Shown one piece after another: positions 56,884-64,000 of a DNA stretch of 64,000 nt. The position numbers were made by a program, and so were the translations under genes. The stretch covers positions 138,814-202,813 of the forward strand of contig OZ253947.1 in the NCBI GenBank assembly GCA_965267345.1, given 5' to 3'. The stretch is from Minisyncoccota bacterium (GTDB lineage Bacteria; Patescibacteriota; Minisyncoccia; Phycocordibacterales; UBA2100). The notes under the pieces are model-generated. The model was not told where the DNA came from. It worked only from the letters and a program-made list of their open reading frames with translations, and ran no database searches. Within the stretch, counting starts at the first letter, position 1, and each line of letters starts with the position of its first letter.

Positions 56884-57696
56884 CACTAAACTCAGCGCCA
56901 TAATGGCCATGCCCACGATAAGCCCATAGGTGGCGATATGGTGGCGTCGGTAGGCTTGTGCCGCGGGCAGTAGCTGATCGAGTGAGATGAACACCATGAC
57001 GCCGCCGACAGCAGCAAATACCAGACCAAATACCATATCGTTAAATACGTGCAGCAGCACAAAGTAGCCAAGCAGCGCGCCGAGTGGCTCTGACAGTCCG
57101 GAGGCAAATGAGTACCAGAATGCTTTGAGGCGACTCCCCGTCGCATGGTAAATCGGAATTGCTACGGCGATGCCCTCAGGGATGTTATGAATCGCGATGG
57201 CAACGGCAATCGCGCTACCCAGTGCCGGATCGCTGAGTGCCGAGAGAAACGTCGCCAGTCCTTCAGGGAAATTGTGAATCGTAATCGCCAGTGCCGTAAA
57301 CAGACCCATGCGGAGTAATTTATGGCGTTCTTGCAACTCCTCGTCATCCATTTCAGTTGGGTCGTGAATTTCATGCGCATTGCCGTGGTCGCGGTCGAGA
57401 AGGCGGTCGAGCATTGCAACGAGTGCGATACCAACGAAAAAGGCGATCGTGGTGAGGGTATAGGCGATCGGTTCACTTGTAGTGGTCATGAGTGCGTCGC
57501 GCGCTTTCGGAAAAATTTCAATAAACGATACGTAGAGCATCACACCTGCAGACACCCCGAGGATGAATGAGAAAAATGCTTTGTTTGTCGGTTTCGCGAG
57601 AAAGGCGATGAGGCTGCCGATACCGGTTGAGAGACCGGCAAGTGCGGTGAGCGCAAATGCAATAAAGAGTGGATCAAATGACATGGCCAGTATCAT
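56872..57696 (-). CDS. zupT: ZIP-family zinc transporter
   Basis: HNFPEGLA and HNIPEGIAVA ZIP signatures, with a His-rich loop. Confidence 0.85.
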   Translation of the reverse strand: MILAMSFDPLFIAFALTALAGLSTGIGSLIAFLAKPTNKAFFSFILGVSAGVMLYVSFIEIFPKARDALMTTTSEPIAYTLTTIAFFVGIALVAMLDRLLDRDHGNAHEIHDPTEMDDEELQERHKLLRMGLFTALAITIHNFPEGLATFLSALSDPALGSAIAVAIAIHNIPEGIAVAIPIYHATGSRLKAFWYSFASGLSEPLGALLGYFVLLHVFNDMVFGLVFAAVGGVMVFISLDQLLPAAQAYRRHHIATYGLIVGMAIMALSLVLFI

Positions 57697-57765
57697 ATCG
57701 TATACTGGGTAAAACCGAAAGGCCGCTGCATTATGCAGCGGCCTTTACTGTTTTCGAACGGTACG

Positions 57766-58068
57766 TCACCTGTTGAATTCCTTAAGGTCATCAATCGTGC
57801 AGCCGCCCGTTGCCCATAGCACGCCCTGCGCAAAGCAAAGCCACCGCATTCCTTTCTCCGTTTTCCCACGCTCTAGGTGTGTTTGTGCCACACGGTGCAT
57901 GGCTCGCGTGTGGGCCAAAGCGTCCCGCATACTTGCTCGTGAGCCCGTTTCAAGGACTACATTCGGCGGCACACGATAGATGAGTTCACCACCAAAGAGT
58001 CGTCCTTGGTGTGTCCCTACCAGTGAGCTTGTTTGGTCGAAGGCGATTACTACATGCTGAGCATCCAT
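57766..58068 (-). CDS. Hypothetical protein
   Basis: About 100 aa from the internal ATG of ORF 57766..58209. Divergent from the helicase gene. No recognisable domain. Confidence 0.3.
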   Translation of the reverse strand: MDAQHVVIAFDQTSSLVGTHQGRLFGGELIYRVPPNVVLETGSRASMRDALAHTRAMHRVAQTHLERGKTEKGMRWLCFAQGVLWATGGCTIDDLKEFNR

Positions 58069-58119
58069 TGGCCGTCCTCCTTTCTCGAGAAAAGGTAGCA
58101 CAGAGCACCACATGCTACA

Positions 58120-61100
58120 ATGCGCCCAATGTCCCGCGCACGACTGACCCCACAATTTAATGAAGCGCTCGCACGGCTGAATGCCGAGCAGCGCGCTGCC
58201 GTGACGCATATCGAGGGCCCCGTTATGGTCATTGCCGGTCCCGGAACCGGCAAGACGCAGATTTTAACGGTGCGTATTGCGAATATCCTCAAAGAGATCG
58301 ACGCTGAGCCATCCGCACTTCTTGCACTTACTTTTACTGAAGCCGGTGTGTCGGCGATGCGACGACGACTGGTAACGCTCATTGGTGCTGATGCCTATCG
58401 CGTCGGCATCTATACATTCCACGGATTTTGCAACGCGATGATCCAGCGATTCCCTGATGATTTCCCCCGTCTGATTAGCTCAGACGCGATTACCGATATC
58501 GATAAGGTGCTCCTCGTGCGCGACATTATTGCCGAGCGAGACACACTGGCACACTTACGCCCGTTCTACGACAACTTTGCATACGTCAAAGACATCATCG
58601 GCGCTATGAGCACGTTGAAACGCGAGTACGTGCACCCCGACACCTTTCAGCAGCGCATACGCGACGAGGAAGCTGCATTTACGGCGCGTGACGATCTGTA
58701 TCACGAGAAAGGTGCGCATAAGGGAAAAATGAAAACAGAGCACCAGCGCACGCTCAAGTTTATCGAACGCAACAAGGAATTGGCCGATATCTACGAGCAG
58801 TATGAGGCGGCATTGCGTGAGCGAAAACTTTACGACTACGAAGACATGATTGGTGTAGTGGTGCAGCGTCTTGAGGAAGATGCGGATGTACTGCATCGTC
58901 TGCAGGAAGAGTACCACTACATTCTCGCCGACGAGCATCAAGATGCGAACACGGCACAAAACCGGTTGCTTGAGTTGCTCGTCGACTACCACGACGACCC
59001 GAACCTTTTTATTGTCGGTGACGAGAAGCAGGCTATTTTTCGGTTTCAGGGCGCGTCGCTGGATAACTTTCTGTACTTTAAAGGAAAGTACCCGTCGGCA
59101 AAGGTCGTTGAGTTGACGCGGTCGTATCGCTCAGGGCAACCCATCCTTGATGCGGCGCACGGCGTAATCACCACCGATACACCGGAGGAGGTTGCACGGG
59201 TGCCACTTACTTCACACGCTGCGATTACCCACGCTCAGGTACAGGTGCGCAGTTTTACCGCCGACGAGATGGAACTGCACTGGGTTGCGCAGGATATTGC
59301 AGAGCGTATTACCGACGGCGTTGCCGCTGATGAAATTGCCGTGCTCTACCGCACGAACGGTGATGCGGCTGCCGTCGTGCGCGCCCTCGAGCGCCTACGT
59401 ATTCCACATACGGTTGAGTCTGATCGTAACGTGCTCGATGATCCTGCTATTGCCCAATTCGTGATGCTCCTGCGCGCCGTAGCTGACTACGGGAATGATG
59501 AGCTGCTCGCGCGTGTACTGCACGCCCGCTTTCTTAACCTCGACCCACTCGACGTATACAAGGTTATTAAGATGAGCGCCCGCGAACGCATACCACTTCA
59601 CGACTGCATTCGCAGTGAAAAGCGCATGGCCGAAAGTGGTGTCAGCGATCCGAAAGCACTCGCGGTATTTGCACGCCGCCTCACACAGTGGGCGCAGGCG
59701 GGTGAGAACGATCCCGTTCCTGATGTATTCAACCGTGTGCTTGAAGCATCGGGCTTTCTCACGTTTGCGCTGAATGCGACGCGATCGGTTGAAATGCTCG
59801 AGAAGGTGAGCGGCCTTGCTCGCGACACGGAGCAGCTCGCGTCGGGAAATCGCACATACAGTCTGCGCGATCTCATTCACCATTTCGATTTACTCGACGA
59901 GTATCGTCTCTCCATCACCAAGCAGAATCGCACCGACACTAAAGCGCACGGGGTGCGCTTGATGACAGCGCATCGATCAAAGGGGTTGGAGTTTGACTAC
60001 GTATACATCGTTGGCGCGTGGGATACGCACTGGGGAAATCGACGTCGCAGTGATACGTTCGCATTACCACTTGCCGGTGGTGACGAGGAGGAAAACGCCG
60101 ACGAGCGACGGCTTTTCTATGTGGCACTTACTCGAGCGCGTATTGGCGTGTCACTGAGCTACGGGCGCGTTGCCGCGAGTGGGCGTGAGCGCCTCCCCTG
60201 CCAGTTTATTGAAGAAATGCACGGCGCACACAAAGAGGTCATCGACATGAGCAGCTTTGAGGCCTCTATTGACCCTGACGCGCTACTGCGCGCCCCGCAA
60301 CAGGGCACCGCACCATCAGTTGCTGATCGCGAATACATCAGTGAGCTGTTTGCCGATCAGGGGCTGTCGGTCACGGCACTGAATAACTACCTAACGTGCC
60401 CATGGCAGTATTTTTATAGCAATCTCATCCGCATTCCTAAAATCCCGACAAAGTACATGGTGTTAGGTACCGCGGTGCACGTCGCACTGAAGCGGTTTTT
60501 TGATGCGCTTCGCGACACCACTGCCGACGAGGCAATACTACTTGAAGCATTTGATACGGCATTGACGCACACATCGCTCTCGGGTGCGGTGTACGATCAG
60601 GTCCACGACCGCGGCCGTGAAGCACTCGCGGGATGGTTCAAGACGTATGCGGGCACCTGGCACACCGATACCCGTAATGAGTATCGTGTTGACACGAGCA
60701 TTACGCTCAACAGCACCGAGGTGCCGCAGCTGCGCGTCCGTGGTGACCTCGACAAGCTCGAGGTACACAGTGATGGCGTAGTCGTTGTCGACTACAAAAC
60801 CGGCGCGCCAAAGACACGGAATCATATGCTCGGCAAAACAAAAGCTGTTGACGCCGGTGACTACTTCCGTCAATTGGTATTTTACAAAATGCTCCTCGAC
60901 GCCGAGGGGGTGTATCACATGCGCGAAGGTGTTATCGATTTTGTGCAACCAAAGACCGTGGGCACGCGCGAAGTGTATGTGAAAGAATCCTTCCGCATCA
61001 GCACTGACGACGTGGCACAGTTGATTGATGACATCACGCGCGTAGCGCAGGAGATTAGCACGCTCGCATTTTGGGACGAACGATGCGATCGCCACAAAAA

Positions 61101-61143
61101 AGGGGAGTGTGAATACTGTGCGCTGCGCGATACTATGCACTAA
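58120..61143 (+). CDS. UvrD/PcrA-like superfamily-1 helicase fused to a C-terminal PD-(D/E)XK (RecB-like) nuclease domain (AddA-like)
   Basis: AGPGTGKTQ Walker A, DEHQDAN, and helicase motifs through VI. The C-terminus has GDLDKLEV..VVVDYKTG..YFRQLVFYKML and terminal Cys (CDRHKKGECEYC), typical of RecB-family nucleases with an FeS or Zn staple. Confidence 0.8.
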   Translation: MRPMSRARLTPQFNEALARLNAEQRAAVTHIEGPVMVIAGPGTGKTQILTVRIANILKEIDAEPSALLALTFTEAGVSAMRRRLVTLIGADAYRVGIYTFHGFCNAMIQRFPDDFPRLISSDAITDIDKVLLVRDIIAERDTLAHLRPFYDNFAYVKDIIGAMSTLKREYVHPDTFQQRIRDEEAAFTARDDLYHEKGAHKGKMKTEHQRTLKFIERNKELADIYEQYEAALRERKLYDYEDMIGVVVQRLEEDADVLHRLQEEYHYILADEHQDANTAQNRLLELLVDYHDDPNLFIVGDEKQAIFRFQGASLDNFLYFKGKYPSAKVVELTRSYRSGQPILDAAHGVITTDTPEEVARVPLTSHAAITHAQVQVRSFTADEMELHWVAQDIAERITDGVAADEIAVLYRTNGDAAAVVRALERLRIPHTVESDRNVLDDPAIAQFVMLLRAVADYGNDELLARVLHARFLNLDPLDVYKVIKMSARERIPLHDCIRSEKRMAESGVSDPKALAVFARRLTQWAQAGENDPVPDVFNRVLEASGFLTFALNATRSVEMLEKVSGLARDTEQLASGNRTYSLRDLIHHFDLLDEYRLSITKQNRTDTKAHGVRLMTAHRSKGLEFDYVYIVGAWDTHWGNRRRSDTFALPLAGGDEEENADERRLFYVALTRARIGVSLSYGRVAASGRERLPCQFIEEMHGAHKEVIDMSSFEASIDPDALLRAPQQGTAPSVADREYISELFADQGLSVTALNNYLTCPWQYFYSNLIRIPKIPTKYMVLGTAVHVALKRFFDALRDTTADEAILLEAFDTALTHTSLSGAVYDQVHDRGREALAGWFKTYAGTWHTDTRNEYRVDTSITLNSTEVPQLRVRGDLDKLEVHSDGVVVVDYKTGAPKTRNHMLGKTKAVDAGDYFRQLVFYKMLLDAEGVYHMREGVIDFVQPKTVGTREVYVKESFRISTDDVAQLIDDITRVAQEISTLAFWDERCDRHKKGECEYCALRDTMH

Positions 61144-61176
61144 AAACGCCTGTCCTTGAGACAGGCGTTTTTATTT
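61144..61176. terminator. Bidirectional terminator between the helicase-nuclease gene and the dsbA-like gene
   Basis: Stem aaaaacgcctgtc/gacaggcgttttt with loop cttga. Confidence 0.65.
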
Positions 61177-61193
61177 GTGTATGGTGCGAAGAA

Positions 61194-61904
61194 TTACTCG
61201 CCACCAATTTCACCAGCAAGGAGCTGATCAACGATCTGGCGCATCGTCTCAATAGACTGGGCTCCCTCAAGTGTGTACTGCTCACCGTTGTAGAGAATGA
61301 TGTTGTGTGGAGTGCCACGGCCACCGGCAGCGACAACCTCATCGTAGTCTTCTTGTACCCGTGGTGCCATGTCACCGCTTTCAAGACAGGTGGTGAATGC
61401 GTCGACATCAAGACCGGCGAATTCGGCAATTTCAGGGAGCTGTGAATCAGCTAGGCCGTCGTTTGATGGCGTAATGTCGTAGAGGCGGTTGGTGTATGCC
61501 CAGAATCCGTCGTTGCCGCCAAGCTCAGCGGCACACTCAATTGCTTCTGCCTCACGCTGTGCTTTTGCGTGGAGCTGCGGGATGGGGAAGTGACGGTAGA
61601 CCCATGCCAGTTCGCTGTCGTCGTACTCAGTGATGAGCTGATTCATCGTTTCGTGGAAGTTCTTGCAGAACGGACACTCCGTATCTGAGAACTCAACGAT
61701 AACAACTTCGGCATCAGGGTTTCCCTGAATGTGGTCATCAGTTTGCACACCGCGGATGTCTTGTGCGGGTTCTTGTTGCACGTCGTTTGGAGTACCTGTA
61801 CCACCGGCACCGGTGCCGAGTGCAAAATATAATGCTGCCGCAATGAGTGCACCTGCTGCCACAATGGCAACGGCGATTGCAACATTTCCTTTGTGTTGTG
61901 TCAT
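61194..61904 (-). CDS. DsbA-family thiol:disulfide oxidoreductase, membrane-anchored
   Basis: N-terminal TM helix and a CPFC active site in a thioredoxin fold. Confidence 0.8.
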   Translation of the reverse strand: MTQHKGNVAIAVAIVAAGALIAAALYFALGTGAGGTGTPNDVQQEPAQDIRGVQTDDHIQGNPDAEVVIVEFSDTECPFCKNFHETMNQLITEYDDSELAWVYRHFPIPQLHAKAQREAEAIECAAELGGNDGFWAYTNRLYDITPSNDGLADSQLPEIAEFAGLDVDAFTTCLESGDMAPRVQEDYDEVVAAGGRGTPHNIILYNGEQYTLEGAQSIETMRQIVDQLLAGEIGGE

Positions 61905-62075
61905 AGCGTTAATATGCGTTTCGCGTTTGTTGTTAATACGGTAGGATTATAGCACACCCAGTATCAGTGTCTCTGGCACTGATGACGGTAGCTATGCAGC
62001 AACGTTTTACACATACTCAAGCGAACGCGACAATCAGCGGCAGCACCCGAAGAAGCTGCCGCATAATGAAAGTGT

Positions 62076-62909
62076 ATGTTTGAGCTCGCTAGTGTTACCA
62101 GCGCGCTCCTTGGTCTACTCCAAGGGCTCACCGAATTTCTCCCCGTTTCATCATCGGGGCATCTTGTGCTCGCGCATGCTTTGTTTGGCAGTAGTGGTGC
62201 TGACGACTTAGCCTTTGACGCCCTTTTGCATTTTGCAACTGCTGCGGCAATCGTAGTGTACTTTCGGCATGATTTTGTCGCACTCGTGCGCGCGATGCTC
62301 CAGTTGCCACAACGACTCCATGGAAACATGCCGCTCGAGACGCAGCACGTAACGGCACTCGCCCTTATCGTGGGCACGATTCCCGCAGTTGTGCTCGGAC
62401 TTGCACTTGAAGAGCTTCTCGCCACTGCATTTCGTAACCCGCTACTCGTTGCGGCCGCGCTCGTCGTCGGCTCAATGCTGATGGTTTACGCAGAACGCGT
62501 GCACGCGCGACAGCAGACGGTACACAGCGGTGTACGTTCCTGGCGTGACGGTTTAGTTGTCGGACTGTTTCAATCACTTGCGCTCATTCCGGGCATGAGT
62601 CGCTCGGGCATGGCGATTTCAGGTGCTATGTGTCTTGGATTGACGCGACAGGGCGCCGCTCGCTTTGCTTTTTTACTTGGGGCGCCGCTATTACTCGGCG
62701 CCGGTGCAAAAAAGGCACTTGATGTGTATATGAGCGGTGCATTCAGTGAGAGCACTATCAGCATCGCCACGGGCGTTGTGGTGGCATTCGTAAGCGCGCT
62801 CGTTGTCATTCACGTGCTGCTGCGCTTTTTGCGCCGTCATAGCCTCTACTGGTTTGTCGGCTACCGCCTTGCACTGGCGCTTGGTGTGGTCCTCGTCGTG
62901 CTGCTTTAG
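62076..62909 (+). CDS. uppP: Undecaprenyl-diphosphatase
   Basis: LQGLTEFLPVSSSGHL and PGMSRSG are BacA/UppP signatures. Confidence 0.9.
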   Translation: MFELASVTSALLGLLQGLTEFLPVSSSGHLVLAHALFGSSGADDLAFDALLHFATAAAIVVYFRHDFVALVRAMLQLPQRLHGNMPLETQHVTALALIVGTIPAVVLGLALEELLATAFRNPLLVAAALVVGSMLMVYAERVHARQQTVHSGVRSWRDGLVVGLFQSLALIPGMSRSGMAISGAMCLGLTRQGAARFAFLLGAPLLLGAGAKKALDVYMSGAFSESTISIATGVVVAFVSALVVIHVLLRFLRRHSLYWFVGYRLALALGVVLVVLL

Positions 62910-63481
62910 AAGGGGAGAGTGTGCGTGAACGCCGCGTCCTGCTTCTCTTCCCAGTGTGAGGTGTCAAAAGCTATATCGCGGACCTTGCCGAGATCTTTGT
63001 AGTGCACCTTATTGTGTGCACGGGCGTAGTCGTATACGCGTTTCGTCACTTTCACGTCTTGCGTGCAGTAGTTAACGACGCGCTGCACCTCGCCATTGCG
63101 CCACCACTCAATTGCTTGTAGGCCGTGACCACTTTTCTTTTCGCCCAGTGTCGCCTCGGCAATGGTGTCGAGCTTGATGCGTCGACCGAGCACGGCATAA
63201 ATCTCCTTCAAAAGATCGAGGCTTTTGATTCGTGACAGATCACCAGGGTAGTACTTGTTAAGCAGTGGAATATCGAAGTGGTCTGAGTTAAAGCCAATGA
63301 GCATGTCGGTGCGCTCGAGGATCGGCCACAATTCATACAGTGTCTCTTGGAAATAGTGTGAGTAGGTGTTGGTTTCTGAGTCGTGGATACACACGACCGC
63401 CAGATCAAGTGCGGCGGCATCGCTGGAACCAACATCGGAGAAGACGTTGCTGGTTTCAATATCAAACACGACCTTACGCAT
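62906..63481 (-). CDS. DEDD-family 3'-5' exonuclease
   Basis: VVFDIETS (Exo I), FNSDHFDIPLL (Exo II) and YCTQDVKVT (Exo III-like). Confidence 0.7.
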   Translation of the reverse strand: MRKVVFDIETSNVFSDVGSSDAAALDLAVVCIHDSETNTYSHYFQETLYELWPILERTDMLIGFNSDHFDIPLLNKYYPGDLSRIKSLDLLKEIYAVLGRRIKLDTIAEATLGEKKSGHGLQAIEWWRNGEVQRVVNYCTQDVKVTKRVYDYARAHNKVHYKDLGKVRDIAFDTSHWEEKQDAAFTHTLPF

Positions 63482-63538
63482 GTGCGTGAGAGTATAGCAG
63501 CTGGCACTGCGTGTGTGTAGGTGGAAAGCTCTAGGGCT

Positions 63539-64000
63539 CTAGAGTTCCTGCGTGAAGATGTGATCAGCGATAGCCGCTGCAGGCAGCGTGGTTTCCTCGC
63601 GGCTCGCAAGGTGCTTCACGGTGAATTGTTCCGTGGCGACTTCCTGTGCGCCGATACAAATGACGAACGGGATGCCCTTCTTGTCGGCAACCTTGATCTG
63701 ATCGCCTGCTTTTTTATATGAATAGTTGACCGCGACGCTGATATCCTGCTCGCGGAGTGTCTGCGCCAGATTCGTGGCGACGGTGGCTGCATCATCCTCG
63801 AGCACACAGAGCATGACGTCGGTGGCAGGTACGTAGGCAGGCAGTAAACTATGTGTTTCTAAAAAGTCGCGCATAGTGACATCGCCCATACCAAACCCAA
63901 CCGTTGGTGTCGCGGTGGAACCGAACACTTCCAGCAGATTGTCGTAGCGGCCACCGCCAAACAGCGCGCGACTATTTTCCGGTGCCGTATCGTACACCTC
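63539..64000 (-). CDS. hisS: Histidyl-tRNA synthetase, C-terminal part (N-terminus beyond window end)
   Basis: GGGRYDNL (class II motif 3) followed by the anticodon-binding domain. The ORF is open at the window edge. Confidence 0.85.
   Translation of the reverse strand, partial: EVYDTAPENSRALFGGGRYDNLLEVFGSTATPTVGFGMGDVTMRDFLETHSLLPAYVPATDVMLCVLEDDAATVATNLAQTLREQDISVAVNYSYKKAGDQIKVADKKGIPFVICIGAQEVATEQFTVKHLASREETTLPAAAIADHIFTQEL

Noticed and set aside
1-64000. Searched by eye for CRISPR arrays, cas genes, transposase/IS ends, integrase or recombinase genes, and rRNA genes.
   Set aside because: No regularly spaced short direct repeats, no transposase-like or integrase-like ORFs, and no rRNA-like segments were found. 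The only mobile-element trace is the tRNA-Thr att-like duplication.

Overview
This 64 kb window is mainly a core-gene backbone. Many orthologs are unusually short (rpoB 1061 aa, pheS about 242 aa, a short EF-Ts, a pheT lacking the N-terminal domain). Most genes lack a Shine-Dalgarno (SD) sequence and sit 6-12 nt behind a TGnTATAcT-like -10 element. From this I infer a small-genome bacterium, possibly a Patescibacteria/CPR-like lineage; this cannot be proven from sequence alone.

Recognisable core genes, in order:
- RNase J, secG, groES-groEL, rplY, rpmE-prfA, rpsB-tsf, tRNA-Thr(UGU)
- pheS-pheT, gyrB, thrS, dnaE, rnhB, rpmF, a NusB-NUDIX fusion, rnc, an SMC-like ATPase, RNase R
- rpsP, a KH-domain protein and trmD
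- an rpoB-rpoC-dnaG-rpoD block
- a CBS-domain protein with an ArsB/NhaD-type permease, malic enzyme, ZupT
- a UvrD-helicase/PD-(D/E)XK-nuclease fusion, DsbA, uppP, a DEDD exonuclease, and the 3' part of hisS

Accessory or unusual content:
1. A cell-surface locus at 21.3-27.7 kb, which looks like the most likely candidate for a new surface system. It holds a CARDB-domain protein, a sortase with a consensus sigma70 promoter, four unrelated small secreted Cys-containing proteins, a tandem-repeat (EWYDIAEP) surface protein with a sorting-signal-like C-terminus, and two Tyr/Trp/Asn-rich secreted proteins. Each small Cys protein has its own strong SD and terminator.
2. A 34 bp direct repeat of the tRNA-Thr 3' end lying 188 bp downstream of the tRNA. 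This looks like an integration scar.
3. Two AT-rich islets. One, between trmD and rpoB where rplS is expected, carries a HEPN (RNxxAH) protein. The other is at 38.1-38.7 kb.
4. Several long perfect palindromes in intergenic regions.

No CRISPR arrays, cas genes, rRNA genes or transposases were seen.
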